64,000 bases of DNA from an uncultured Methanosarcinaceae archaeon (GTDB taxonomy: Archaea; Halobacteriota; Methanosarcinia; Methanosarcinales; Methanosarcinaceae): contig CAWJYV010000010.1 in NCBI GenBank assembly GCA_963847185.1, positions 480,001 to 544,000 on the forward strand, read 5' to 3'. The position numbers and the translations under genes were made by a program. The notes beneath the pieces are model-generated. The model did no database searches. It was not told where the DNA came from and saw only the letters and a program-made list of their open reading frames with translations. The first letter of the stretch is position 1, and every line of letters starts with the position of its first letter. Below are positions 38,460 through 49,236 of this stretch, in pieces.

Positions 38460-38815
38460 GAAAGGGTTGACTGCCTCAAGTACCTTTTGAGCAACTGGCA
38501 GAACAGATGCCCCGTTCTGAAGGGTGCCAATTGGCAGATTACAATGGAAAAGGAACATCTGATTATGGAACCTAGCCACAAAACAGGAACCTCGCCATCA
38601 GAAAGATCAGAAGCCTTCACTAATAATCAGGTGTTCGCCATTGTAAAAAAAGGAAGCAGTCAACCAAAAAAACCTACACTCCAGAAAATGAGGCACTACA
38701 CACCTTGTTGGTGCCTCAAACCCATCTAAACCACACAGGTCTAATTGGACCGTAAAAGGTCTGATTAGGCCTAATTATACCCGGAAAGTCAGTTCAGATA
38801 CGACTAACTTTTTAG
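38460..38815 (+). ncRNA. candidate structured ncRNA or long structured 5' leader of the ABC operon
   Basis: Nested helices 38465-74/38656-65 (10 bp perfect), 38475-80/38486-91, 38492-500/38525-33, 38539-47/38638-46 (9 bp perfect) and 38553-66/38623-36 (14 bp, 1 GU); hairpins 38689-96/38711-18, 38737-51/38758-72 (15 bp, 3 GU) and 38785-93/38803-11; TATA-like TTTTATTA near 38440. Confidence 0.65.
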
Positions 38816-38836
38816 AGGCTACTTTAGAGGCTATGT

Positions 38837-39772
38837 ATGACACTCACTGAAATTATAGATACATTTAAAACGAAGCTGAATCCCTCAAAAATTATGAACT
38901 CGCTCGAAAAAGCAGCGAGTTTCTCAGAGGAATCAGAGAATGATGTAGGGGGGAATAATTCAGGGGAAGATCTGAAAAATAATCCATACAGTAATTCAGG
39001 AAGTGACTCTGCTAAAAATTCTAACGTATTAAGGATCTCTCAAAACAATGAGGACCCTCTAATTAAACTTACCAATGTATGGAAAATTTACCAGATGGGA
39101 GAAGTTGAATTTGCAGCCCTTAAGGGAATAAACCTGGAAATCTACGAGGGGGAATTTCTGGTTGTTCTCGGGCCTAGCGGAAGTGGGAAAAGTACGCTTA
39201 TGAACTTGCTGGGCTGCCTGGATATCCCATCAAAAGGCACTGTTAGCCTGAACTCAAAGGATATTTCAGAACTTGACGAATCGGAACTGGCCATTATAAG
39301 AGGACAGATGATTGGCTTCATATTCCAGAGCTTCAACCTCATTCCCACTCTCAGTACGGAAGAAAACGTACTTTTACCTATGGAATTCCAGGAAGAGGAT
39401 AGACAAATAGCCCGAAAAAAAGCAGCGTACCTGCTTGAGATTGTCGGACTTTCAAACAAGAAAAATAACCTTCCTTCTCAGCTCTCAGGCGGACAGAAGC
39501 AAAGAGTTGCAATAGCCCGCTCCCTGGCTGTGAACCCACCCATTATTCTTGCAGATGAACCTACAGGAAACCTGGACACCAAGACTGGTAACTATATCCT
39601 GGAATTCCTCGATGGTTTGCACGAAAGAGAAGGAAAGACCATCATCATTGTAACGCATGACCTTGAACTTGTAAAGTATGCAACAAGAGTTGTGTATATC
39701 AGGGACGGCGAAATTGAAAAAATAGAGAAAATGGACGAAAAACCGAAAAACAGTAAAAACGAACAAAAATGA
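38837..39772 (+). CDS. ABC transporter ATP-binding protein (LolD/MacB/SalX type)
   Basis: [42 protein letters not shown] and VTHD motifs. Confidence 0.95.
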   Translation: MTLTEIIDTFKTKLNPSKIMNSLEKAASFSEESENDVGGNNSGEDLKNNPYSNSGSDSAKNSNVLRISQNNEDPLIKLTNVWKIYQMGEVEFAALKGINLEIYEGEFLVVLGPSGSGKSTLMNLLGCLDIPSKGTVSLNSKDISELDESELAIIRGQMIGFIFQSFNLIPTLSTEENVLLPMEFQEEDRQIARKKAAYLLEIVGLSNKKNNLPSQLSGGQKQRVAIARSLAVNPPIILADEPTGNLDTKTGNYILEFLDGLHEREGKTIIIVTHDLELVKYATRVVYIRDGEIEKIEKMDEKPKNSKNEQK

Positions 39773-39786
39773 TCTGAGGAATTAAA

Positions 39787-41139
39787 ATGAAAAAATTATC
39801 TTTATTATCACTTTTAATGCTGCTTACAGTATTCATAACCCTTGGAGCCGGAACAGCTCTCGGCTCGTCAAATGGGAACATAAATTCTGCATCTGTACAG
39901 GTAAATCTAACCAATCAGAATCCTGATTACGCTCGTCCCGGAGAACCTGTTGAACTCACTGTCAGTGTTCAAAATGTAGGAAATGCTGACTTAAAAGACA
40001 TAGCAATAACAGTTAATTCGGAATATCCTTTCACTAAGGTTTCCGGAGAAAATCTTGTAAAAGAAGTTTCTTATCTGAATGCAAGACAGGACGACGATGA
40101 TGCAGCGGTCCTTAAATTCAGGCTCATGACAGATGCAAACGCATCTGCAGGGACCTATGACATAGATATCACAACTACTGCAAAAGAAAGTGGAGATTCA
40201 TCAAATACAATTACCACTACAAAAACGATCCAGCTTGAGGTAAAGGGCAAAGAATACGCTCAGGTCGTGACTATAAGCAAAGCGAATATTGATATTGCAA
40301 AAGAAGAGCCTCTGGAGTTTATCATAACGAATACCGGAACTTCCCCTATCAAAAATATGGTAATCTCCTGGAAAGATCCAAAAGGTGTAATTTTACCTGT
40401 TTACTCTGACAACACAAAGTACATCAAATATCTGGAAGCCGGAGACTCCGCGACCGTATCTTACTCTGTCATGGCAGATGTAAATGCAGACCCTGGCTTA
40501 TACACTCTAAATGTGGATCTCAGTTATGAAGACTATGAATCCAATGAACAAAGTATCAATACCACAGCAGGAATATTTGTTGGTGGAGAGACTGATTTTG
40601 ATGTCTCCTTTTCAGAAAGTGACGCTGGAGAAATATCTCTTTCCGTTGCAAATGTGGGTAACAACATTGCATACTCAGTGAAAGTATCGGTTCCTGATCA
40701 GGACGGGTACAGGGTATCAGGAAGCTCGTCAACAATTGTAGGAAATCTCGAGAAAGGAGACTATACAATCGCTTCCTTTGACGTCACAAGCACGCAGAGT
40801 GCTGGAGGAGCTGAAGGAGAAAGTCCAGGAGAAAATATACTCTCTGCTTCGACGGAATCCGATCCTCTAAAGGTCCAGATCGAGTATACGGATGCAAAAG
40901 GAGAAAGAATTACCGTTGATAAGGAAGTAGAACTCGAAATGACTTCCGGAAATATGACTGCGGCAGGAGGTCAGGCAGGCCCAGGTAGCAGCGCCGGTAT
41001 GGGTTCATATATATCCTACATTGTAGTACTCGCCCTTGCAGGTGGGATATTCGTTTACCGGAAGAAAATTCAGGAAAAAATCCGGGAAAGGAAAGATAAA
41101 AAGTCCGGATCCAAAAAGCCTGAAGACCAGAAGGTCTGA
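39787..41139 (+). CDS. COG1361 S-layer-family / Ig-like domain protein with C-terminal TM anchor
   Basis: Signal peptide; NQNPD.A.PGEPVELTVSVQNVG and VANVGNNIAYSV Ig-like repeats; TM followed by a basic tail. Confidence 0.85.
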   Translation: MKKLSLLSLLMLLTVFITLGAGTALGSSNGNINSASVQVNLTNQNPDYARPGEPVELTVSVQNVGNADLKDIAITVNSEYPFTKVSGENLVKEVSYLNARQDDDDAAVLKFRLMTDANASAGTYDIDITTTAKESGDSSNTITTTKTIQLEVKGKEYAQVVTISKANIDIAKEEPLEFIITNTGTSPIKNMVISWKDPKGVILPVYSDNTKYIKYLEAGDSATVSYSVMADVNADPGLYTLNVDLSYEDYESNEQSINTTAGIFVGGETDFDVSFSESDAGEISLSVANVGNNIAYSVKVSVPDQDGYRVSGSSSTIVGNLEKGDYTIASFDVTSTQSAGGAEGESPGENILSASTESDPLKVQIEYTDAKGERITVDKEVELEMTSGNMTAAGGQAGPGSSAGMGSYISYIVVLALAGGIFVYRKKIQEKIRERKDKKSGSKKPEDQKV

Positions 41140-41175
41140 GAAGAGCAGCATCAATAGATAACGGAAGGATGCAGG

Positions 41176-42420
41176 ATGAGAAACTCAACCTACCTGAAAA
41201 TGGGCCTGAACATGCTTGTTCACAGCAAGCTGCGAAGCTGGCTGACCATTATCGGGATAGTCATAGGAATCGGATCTGTTGTCGGCATCCTCTCCCTCGG
41301 GGATGCCATGCAGGAACAGGTGCAGAGCAGACTCGCCGAGATGGATCTGACAAAAATTACCATAAGCCCCGGATACACAAAAGCATCGTCAAACATGCAT
41401 GGACCTGGTGGAATGGGAGGAGGAGGTACGACAACAGATGTCGAATTAACAGAAGATGATATTGAGGCACTTCAAGGCATAGATGGCATACAGTACATGG
41501 CCGGTGAAATTTCCGGCAGTGAACCGGTAATTTATGCAGCACAGAATGCGACCCTCTCAATAACGGGTGTGGACCCCCAGGTCTGGAAGTATATGACTAC
41601 ACTGGAGACGCAGTCAGGAAGGCTACTTGAGCCGTCTGACAAGTATGTAGCAGTCATAGGGAGCGGTGTTGCCAGCGGAGTTTTTGATCAGGATATAGGA
41701 GTCAACCAGGTAATAACCATAAACGGCAAAGCAGTGCGTGTTGTCGGCATCCTTGCAGAAGAAGGTGAGGGTGGAGACAGAAGCATTTACATGCCAATAG
41801 ATGGAGCAGTAAACCTCCTTGACGATGCAGAAGAGGATGTTTACGATACTATCACGGTAAAAGCCAAGAGTGAAGATCTGGTGGACAGTGTGATGGAAGA
41901 TATAGTAGACAAGCTCATGGTTTCAAGACATATTATTCAGGAAGAAGACAGGGACTTTTCAGTGACAGCCTCAAAGTCTATGGCTGAGTCCGTTACCGAG
42001 ATGACGAGTTCGATGACTCTCTTCCTTGGAGCTATTGCAGCCGTATCCCTGCTTGTAGGAGCCGTGGGTATTGCAAACACCATGTTTACTTCTGTCCTGG
42101 AGAAGACAAAGGAAATAGGGACTATGAAAGCCATTGGAGCTAAAAACAGGGATATTCTCATGATTTTCCTCTTTAACTCCGCAATGGTAGGTCTTGTTGG
42201 TGGGATCCTTGGAGATTTGCTGGGAGCCTGTGTTTCAACTCTCTTCCCTCTGCTAGGTTTGCAAATGATGGGAGGAGGAAGTGATTCAAGCATATATTTT
42301 GCTCCGGACCTGATGGCTTTAGGGCTCATCCTGGCAGTTATAATAGGTATTGCCTCAGGAGTGGTTCCTGCATACAGGGCTTCGAAATTGAAACCAGTAG
42401 ATGCATTGAGGTACGAATAA
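41176..42420 (+). CDS. ABC transporter permease (FtsX/MacB type)
   Basis: KLRSWLTIIGIVIG; VGAVGIANTMFTSVLEKTKEIGTMKAIGA; PAYRASKLKPVDALRYE. Confidence 0.95.
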   Translation: MRNSTYLKMGLNMLVHSKLRSWLTIIGIVIGIGSVVGILSLGDAMQEQVQSRLAEMDLTKITISPGYTKASSNMHGPGGMGGGGTTTDVELTEDDIEALQGIDGIQYMAGEISGSEPVIYAAQNATLSITGVDPQVWKYMTTLETQSGRLLEPSDKYVAVIGSGVASGVFDQDIGVNQVITINGKAVRVVGILAEEGEGGDRSIYMPIDGAVNLLDDAEEDVYDTITVKAKSEDLVDSVMEDIVDKLMVSRHIIQEEDRDFSVTASKSMAESVTEMTSSMTLFLGAIAAVSLLVGAVGIANTMFTSVLEKTKEIGTMKAIGAKNRDILMIFLFNSAMVGLVGGILGDLLGACVSTLFPLLGLQMMGGGSDSSIYFAPDLMALGLILAVIIGIASGVVPAYRASKLKPVDALRYE

Positions 42421-42489
42421 GTTGAAAAGAAAGGGGTCAGCCCTTTCTTAATTTCCTGCTTCATTGGGAAGAGGTAGAGGTGGGATAAA

Positions 42490-43314
42490 ATGAATTTGAT
42501 TGATATTGCAGTTCTTTCCGAAAGAAGGCGAGATATACTTTTACTTATTGAAGAAAAACCAAGAAGCTTTGAAGAAATCAGAGACTTGCTTGGCCTCAGT
42601 TCCGCTTCTATAAGAATTCATTTAAAAAAACTTGTTAATTCCAGGTTCCTTGTAAAAGAAAAGGGAAAGTATGGGTTATCAGAAATGGCAGCACCCATAA
42701 TAAAAAATTTGAAGGAATTGCTGGACTCATTAACTTTCTTTGAGAAAAATATAGATTATTGGACGAGTCATAGTTTGGTTCCAATACCCACTTTTTTAAG
42801 AAAAAGACTTGGAGAACTTGGTAACCTAGAATTTATTGAACGTGATAATGCACATATGTTTGAAATTCCGGGAATAATTTTGGAAAATATAAGGAAATCA
42901 AAAGAAGTCTTTATTTTTTTCTCCTGCCTGCATCCGGAAATTTCCAATATATATACAGAACTTTCAGAAAGAGAGTTAAAAATCTCGTTATGTGTGACAG
43001 GACCTATAATTGAAAGATTATTCAGAGATAGTCCCATTGAAATAAGAAAGCTGCTGGAAGTAGAAAATTCAAAGTTATTTTACTGCCCCAGAATTGTGAA
43101 TTTACCAGTACTTGTAGTGACAGACAGGTTTATGGCAATTGAATTTTTCCGCAACGACGGAAGTCTGAGCAATCAGGTAATTGTAAACTCAGATAAAGAA
43201 GCTCTAAAATGGGGAAAAGAACTTTACAATTATTTTGAAGAATGTTCTGAGTCTCTAACCTTGAAACTGGGAAATCAAAACTCATTGAGCTATAAACAGG
43301 TAAATTCAGCATGA
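42490..43314 (+). CDS. winged-HTH regulator with DUF1724/FilR1-like C-terminal domain
   Basis: SERRRDILLLI..PRSFEEI..HLKKL; IPTFLRKRLGELG; LVVTDRF; ALKWGKELYNY. Confidence 0.85.
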   Translation: MNLIDIAVLSERRRDILLLIEEKPRSFEEIRDLLGLSSASIRIHLKKLVNSRFLVKEKGKYGLSEMAAPIIKNLKELLDSLTFFEKNIDYWTSHSLVPIPTFLRKRLGELGNLEFIERDNAHMFEIPGIILENIRKSKEVFIFFSCLHPEISNIYTELSERELKISLCVTGPIIERLFRDSPIEIRKLLEVENSKLFYCPRIVNLPVLVVTDRFMAIEFFRNDGSLSNQVIVNSDKEALKWGKELYNYFEECSESLTLKLGNQNSLSYKQVNSA

Positions 43315-43376
43315 GGAAATGAAAAGAAGAAAAAAGACAGTAAAAAAGACAGTAAAAAAGACAGGTAGGTAATCGG

Positions 43377-44393
43377 ATGAAAAAAATCGGTATAATATTG
43401 CTAGCTGTTGCTATGCTCGCGGTATTTTCCTGTGCAAGTGAAAGCATTAAAAACGACAATAGCAAAAATATTTCATGGGACAAATATACTTCCGACACGC
43501 TGTTCATTGAAACCCTGAATCCTGAAGCTCAATATCTGGATTTAATAGACAACATTGAAAGTAAAATAAATCAGGTTCAAAACCGGAATTTGGAATTCAT
43601 ACAGTCTGCAGCAGGGAACTATGGAAATATGCCACAAAACTTCCAGCCCTCTTTCAACAGAGGAAGGCCTGAGCAGCTACCCCCTGATTTTGCCGGGAGA
43701 GAACCTGGAGAAAGAGGATATCCGGAAAAGAGGTTCGACAGTTTCCTGGAAGAACAAACTCTACGGCAACAAAACAAATCATATTACCAGTCTTATGTCA
43801 CTCCATATACAGATGTTGTAAGCTCCTATCTTGAAGAAAATGACCTTGATGATAAATATGAAATCTATGAGGCTGCTCTTTCATGGACCTGGGTCTCGGA
43901 TGAGACGTTGAACGGAGAAGAAGAAAAGTGGCTTACTCCCTCTGAGTTTCTGGAAAATACTTCGACTTACTCCAGTAACCCGGACTACGGAAATCCTGTA
44001 AGTGATTGCGAAGAACAGGCAAATACTCTTGCATCCCTCCTGATCGCATCCGGAGAATACAATGAAAGCACCGTACGTGTAGCTGTAGGAGAAGTTGATT
44101 TCGGAAGCGTAAGTGGTGGACATGCCTGGGTAGAGATTTACGAAGAAGGGGAATGGTGCCCACTGGATCCGACTTATGGACCTTACTATGACGACGAGAG
44201 CGGCGAGCTCGTGTCTGTGGATACATCTGAAGTAGATTATGATGAGTACTTCAGCAGTATATATCCTGCTGTAGAAGTCTGGTATTATTATAACAACGAA
44301 TATTTCATGAACCTGGGAACACAGCAGAATGGAGACGTTCCAGTTTCGTGGAACAAGGAGCCTGAGAGTTATCAGGAACTGAATAGTCAATAA
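43377..44393 (+). CDS. transglutaminase-like (Cys protease fold) exported lipoprotein
   Basis: Signal peptide with VFS/C; catalytic-triad pattern DCEEQA...GHAWVE...PLDPT. Confidence 0.8.
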   Translation: MKKIGIILLAVAMLAVFSCASESIKNDNSKNISWDKYTSDTLFIETLNPEAQYLDLIDNIESKINQVQNRNLEFIQSAAGNYGNMPQNFQPSFNRGRPEQLPPDFAGREPGERGYPEKRFDSFLEEQTLRQQNKSYYQSYVTPYTDVVSSYLEENDLDDKYEIYEAALSWTWVSDETLNGEEEKWLTPSEFLENTSTYSSNPDYGNPVSDCEEQANTLASLLIASGEYNESTVRVAVGEVDFGSVSGGHAWVEIYEEGEWCPLDPTYGPYYDDESGELVSVDTSEVDYDEYFSSIYPAVEVWYYYNNEYFMNLGTQQNGDVPVSWNKEPESYQELNSQ

Positions 44394-44720
44394 GTATTCC
44401 CAATCTACGTAAAATTCATCTCTCAGATGTTTTTGATTAGATAGAGATCTATAAACAGTTAAAGAGGAAGCATCTAAAAATTTCGTTATATCGTGCAAAA
44501 AGAATCGAAATCATAAGGTGCTTTCTTCCACGCCTTCTTTTTTGAACTGGAGCTAATTATTAAAGCATACAGTTTTGTTTTTAGAACAAGGTAAAACTTC
44601 TGTCAACTGAAAAATTTCGAATTTTTAAGAATTCTACACTCTATTCAAATCTTCAAGCTTTTATTTTACTTGAAACCTACTAAAGCGGTCTTAAAATTAA
44701 ATTAGATTCTATAATTGGAA

Positions 44721-44836
44721 CAGGACTTACGCATTTGAAAGGAAAAACGGTACATTAAGCCGTTAAATGCCTAAAATGTAAATTTTAACTATGATGTCTA
44801 ATGTATTTGCTTTTATACATAGAGCGGATAAGTCCG
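44721..44836. mobile_element. Methanosarcina-type MITE-like dispersed repeat (~116 bp), right end degenerate
   Basis: Starts CAGGACTTACGCA and ends GCGGATAAGTCCG (imperfect inverted repeat); no coding capacity. Confidence 0.6.
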
Positions 44837-45232
44837 ACAGAATAATTTACGGTCCGAATTTAAAATTAACAATGTTCACTATCCAAAAGTAGAAACGGTT
44901 TGAATTTTAAGATAATCTCTTAGGGATTCGTTTTATTTTACCTGAAAATTTAATTATGGGTTTCTAATATTTGACAAGTAAAAATTTCACTTCTGGAAAG
45001 TTAAGACATCAGACATATTTTAAGTATTAGATGTTCAGTCTTTCAACACATACTTTGCAAGTTTAACAAAAAATACATCATGTATAGGAAATTTTTTATA
45101 TTAGTCTTTTTTTAAAAGGTTAAAACTGAGCAAAGCCATTTTTTAAAAATTCCAACCTGAATTTATCGACCAGAACTTGACAAAATAAGCGTAGATGAGG
45201 CATACATGTTAATATAACTTAGAAAAAAATAT

Positions 45233-45928
45233 ATGTCATTATATATTTTGGATGGTGAGGTTTTCAGGTTGATATTTAAAAGAATACCCATGTATATTTT
45301 TGAGAACTTTCATAATATGTTTAGTGGAAGTTCTGAAAATACTTTTAAGATATGTCAGGAATGCAGGGGAGCATGCGAACATGATAAAATAGGAACACTG
45401 CTACCCGGAGAAAAAGAATACATGGCAGAGAAAATGGGAATAAGCGTTTCTGATTTTGAAGTTCGCTATCTGGATATTTTGAAAATGAATGATGGAACTA
45501 AATTACATGTATTAAAACTAGGGAAATTATGCCCCTTTTTAAACGAAGATACTGAAAAATGTGAGTGCAGGAATTTCAAACCAATACTTTGTAAAGTATA
45601 TCCTGTTATTTTTACAATTGAAGCTGATAAAATTAATTTTGTAATAGATAACTGGTGTCAATTATCGAGAAAAAAATCATGTAGAACTTATTTTGAAAGT
45701 GTAATGCCTCTTTTATCAAGCCTTCCTCTTTCTATAGAGTGGTTCAGGTATGTGGTCAGCTACGATGGTTTCTCCTTTGACTGCAGTAAACTTGCAAAAA
45801 GCAGGAATATAAAGAAAAGATGTGAGATTTATTTACTCGAAGAACTATTGAGTTTGAAGAAAAATGAGATAGAAACTACCAGCTTGTATATTGATTTTAG
45901 TCAGGAAGCTGAAGAGCCCATTTTTTGA
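45233..45928 (+). CDS. YkgJ-family Cys-cluster (CxxCxxxC) putative Fe-S/Zn protein
   Basis: CQECRGAC; CPFL...C.C..KPILCKVYP. Confidence 0.8.
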   Translation: MSLYILDGEVFRLIFKRIPMYIFENFHNMFSGSSENTFKICQECRGACEHDKIGTLLPGEKEYMAEKMGISVSDFEVRYLDILKMNDGTKLHVLKLGKLCPFLNEDTEKCECRNFKPILCKVYPVIFTIEADKINFVIDNWCQLSRKKSCRTYFESVMPLLSSLPLSIEWFRYVVSYDGFSFDCSKLAKSRNIKKRCEIYLLEELLSLKKNEIETTSLYIDFSQEAEEPIF

Positions 45929-46021
45929 CCTCGTACAGAAGAACCTGTTTGATTAAGAATAAATAGTTCAGTTTTGGGATTGGGCTTTAGTAAATTATAC
46001 TTTCTAACCTAACTCCATACC

Positions 46022-48178
46022 TCATCTATTTTCTTGCTGGCCATTAATAGGAATTGTGAACGCAAAGGTGCTTCCCTCTCCCTGTTTGCTCCTGAACCAG
46101 ATGTATCCACCATGCAGATGCACAATCTGCTTAACTAAAGAGAGACCGAGCCCTGTGCCCTGGAATTTCTTGGAAGAAAATGAATCAACCTGACTAAAAG
46201 GCTTGAATAGTTTATTCTGGTCCTCTGCTGTAATACCAATTCCAGTATCATTGACTGTTATTTCTACCATTTCTCCTTTTTTTCTCACACCTATCTTTAC
46301 AAGACTGTTTTCATAGGAGAACTTAATAGCATTATCTACAAGATTGTACATTATTTGAGAAAATCTGGATTCATCTGCTCGTATCCTTTTTAGCTCTCTA
46401 TCAATAGAGATTTCAATTTGAATATTCTTTCGATCTGCGATAGGAGACAGAAGGTTTCGTATCATATTAAGCTTGCTAGCAAGTTCAAACTCCTTGTAAT
46501 CAAGCTCAAGTCTTCCGGCTTCTATTTTAGAAAGATCCAGAATATCATTGATAAGACCAAGAAGATGCTTCCCGCTTCGAGAAATGTTTCCTACTGCTCT
46601 AAGCTGTCTTCCAGTGAGTTCTCCGTATGCCTGTTCATACAGCAGATCAGAGAATCCTATTATTGAATTAAGTGGGGTTCTCAGTTCATGGCTCATGTTC
46701 GCAAGGAACTCACTCTTGGTACGGTTCGCAACTTCAGCTATTTGTTTCTCCTGAAGAAGCTTTTCTGCTGCTTTCCTTTCAGTAATCTCTCTACAGGTTA
46801 CCATAACTCCTATAATCGTTCCATCCTCTTCGGTCACAGGAATTGCCTGTACATACCAGACTCTACTGTCCTTTGATGTGAACTCTCCTGATTTTTTGTT
46901 ACCTGTTACAAAGATTTGTTCTAGCTGCAAGTACTCAGATAGGGAGCCGCTTATGCCCGAAACAAGTTTTATGAATACGCCAACCGCTTCTTGAAGATCC
47001 ATTTCCATATATTCCAGGGCGGCCTTGTTTGCCCAGATGATATTAAGGTCAGGATTTATGAAAACAACCTGCTCATTCAGGGAATCCAAAAGAACTTTCT
47101 TTTCTCTTTCCTGTGCTTTTAGTTCCTGTTCTACCAGGTGGATTTCATTCAGCATTCCGTTTATTTCCCTTGACAGACGATAAAGCTCATCATTATCTTT
47201 GAGGGACAGCCTTTTGGAAAGATCTTTTTCCGACCTTACTTTTGTAACAAAATCATCAATTCCAATTAATCTTGAGATGAATAATCTGTCAAGTGCATAT
47301 TTAACCCCGACACCCGTCATAAGTCCGGTTAACAAAAGGAAAAAATACATGTAATTAAGGGTTTTCTCGCCATGTTTATAGAGGTCTCTTGGAAAATCAG
47401 CTCTCATTATAATCGCAGGTTTGTCTGAAATGTCCTTTAATTCAAAATAACCGGCCACTCGCTCTTCATTAAGAGGTTCTACTATTGCCTTCCCCGGAAG
47501 CCCGGAAAAATTATTAACTTTTGTCTGGAAATCAGTAGGCATAGGCTCATCGACCCTGTACATCAAAAGAGAAGACCGGGTAGATTCTTTGAAAGAATCA
47601 AGAAGGGGAGGGTCAAAGTATCTCCCAAAAATCAAAGTGCCTTTCGAGGGACCCGTATAATTTGTCGTAAGAATTGGATGGCACGAAATAAACATCGGGC
47701 CTTCATCGAGTAAAACAAAACCTCTTATAGTATCATTGTCAGATTTTGTAATGAGTCTGCCACTTTTGATCAGTTCGCGAAGATCCTCAGGAAGCGGTTT
47801 TTCTTCTGCACTATGAACATCAATAGATTTTGCGTAAACAACAGATCCGGAATTGTTAACAAAAATCATCACATTAACTCTTAGTGTAGCAAGGGTCTGG
47901 TTCTGGATGTTTACGTCTATAAATCTCTGGTTCCTATCTTTAATAAAAATGTAAGTATCATTCCAGCATGCCCAGTCCTGGACTATATAATCAAGGTATC
48001 CCTGTTCAGTAGAAACTGCATTTTGCACCCTTTCTACATTCGCCAATGTGTCCGCCTGTTCAAGCTCCAAAAAATTGGAAAGCTGCATATTGTGGGAAAA
48101 TGTGAATGCAGCAGTAAGGACGGCAAAAATTAATAGGGTTATTACAAGAACTTTTTTACTAATATCTATTGTAGACAC
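46022..48178 (-). CDS. CHASE4-HAMP-PAS sensor histidine kinase
   Basis: DWACWNDTY (CHASE4); [14 protein letters not shown] (HAMP); [13 protein letters not shown]; NLVDNAIKF; DTGIG; GTGLGL. Confidence 0.93.
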   Translation of the reverse strand: MSTIDISKKVLVITLLIFAVLTAAFTFSHNMQLSNFLELEQADTLANVERVQNAVSTEQGYLDYIVQDWACWNDTYIFIKDRNQRFIDVNIQNQTLATLRVNVMIFVNNSGSVVYAKSIDVHSAEEKPLPEDLRELIKSGRLITKSDNDTIRGFVLLDEGPMFISCHPILTTNYTGPSKGTLIFGRYFDPPLLDSFKESTRSSLLMYRVDEPMPTDFQTKVNNFSGLPGKAIVEPLNEERVAGYFELKDISDKPAIIMRADFPRDLYKHGEKTLNYMYFFLLLTGLMTGVGVKYALDRLFISRLIGIDDFVTKVRSEKDLSKRLSLKDNDELYRLSREINGMLNEIHLVEQELKAQEREKKVLLDSLNEQVVFINPDLNIIWANKAALEYMEMDLQEAVGVFIKLVSGISGSLSEYLQLEQIFVTGNKKSGEFTSKDSRVWYVQAIPVTEEDGTIIGVMVTCREITERKAAEKLLQEKQIAEVANRTKSEFLANMSHELRTPLNSIIGFSDLLYEQAYGELTGRQLRAVGNISRSGKHLLGLINDILDLSKIEAGRLELDYKEFELASKLNMIRNLLSPIADRKNIQIEISIDRELKRIRADESRFSQIMYNLVDNAIKFSYENSLVKIGVRKKGEMVEITVNDTGIGITAEDQNKLFKPFSQVDSFSSKKFQGTGLGLSLVKQIVHLHGGYIWFRSKQGEGSTFAFTIPINGQQENR

Positions 48179-48378
48179 CCCTAGGTGGCTTAAAAACTAA
48201 GAGGAGCTTGAAAGTAATAATATATAAAAAGAAGAGATAGTATATAAGATTACGCAGACTTACTAAATAAATTCATATGCGAGCTCCCCTTTTATCCCGG
48301 ACTTACTGGCCAATTGAATGAAAAAAACTTTGGATGAATTTAAATGATCATTATTAAAAATTTGGAAAAACTTAAGAA

Positions 48379-49236
48379 TCATTTTTCAGTTACAACATTT
48401 CTGGCAGCAAAGTAAGAATGTTCTGCAACTTCCATATTACCCTTAATGTCAGTAACTTTCATATCAAATTTACAGGCAAATTCCTTAACATTCTCATCAA
48501 ATTCAGACTTATTTGCAAATCCGGTATCAATTTTTGCAGCCCTGCAATAAAGAGAGTTTTTTAAATACTTGTTATTGAAATCCCGACCCTCAGCTTTATT
48601 TTCCAGCCGCTTCCAGCTCGAAGCCCACATAGGAGTCAGATAAATCGTCCCCATACCTCTGAATTCGAGCATGCATCTTGCATACGCCTCATTTCCTCCA
48701 AGAGCTAAACTGATGCAGTCTTCTATCATCTCTCCGTCTTTATCCTTCAGAAAAGAAAGCGGACATCCAAGCCCTGCAAAATCTTCTTCCAGTTTTCCGA
48801 ATGTATGCCCACAGGTGCCGTAAAAAATCAGAATTCTGTCAGAAAAGGGAGACATTTCCTGAATATTTTCATACACTTTTGCCTTCAATTGCTCTAGATC
48901 CGAGTGCAAGCCCAGGCTTAACAGATTTACGATAACTGTTATCTTTTTCTTTTCTATTCTTTCCCTTTTTTCATAAATTTTTTTGAAAATGGAAATTGAG
49001 GAAAGAAATTTAATATGTGTTCTTGAATTGAAGCTATCTTCGTCCTTAAGAAGCATTGGAACCCTATCCAGAAAAGCTGTTCTGGGAACACAATTATTCA
49101 ACTTAAGCTTGCGAAAGAAACCTGAATTATCCCTATTTTCCACAACTATTAGTTGTTTAAGTTCACGGTCTTTTGACAATACATGTACAAGCTCGTCTTC
49201 GAACATTCCACAGGCAATGATACTTAATACAGGCAT
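48379..49236 (-). CDS. DUF1638 domain protein
   Basis: IIACGMFEDE; LSLGLH; IFYGTCG; DCISLALGG; YLTPMW. Confidence 0.8.
   Translation of the reverse strand: MPVLSIIACGMFEDELVHVLSKDRELKQLIVVENRDNSGFFRKLKLNNCVPRTAFLDRVPMLLKDEDSFNSRTHIKFLSSISIFKKIYEKRERIEKKKITVIVNLLSLGLHSDLEQLKAKVYENIQEMSPFSDRILIFYGTCGHTFGKLEEDFAGLGCPLSFLKDKDGEMIEDCISLALGGNEAYARCMLEFRGMGTIYLTPMWASSWKRLENKAEGRDFNNKYLKNSLYCRAAKIDTGFANKSEFDENVKEFACKFDMKVTDIKGNMEVAEHSYFAARNVVTEK

Noticed and set aside
38436-38729. 97-aa + strand ORF (and the 64-aa minus ORF at 38426-38620)
   Set aside because: No RBS or recognisable motif; its start overlaps the TATA-like element, and the sequence is better explained by RNA base-pairing
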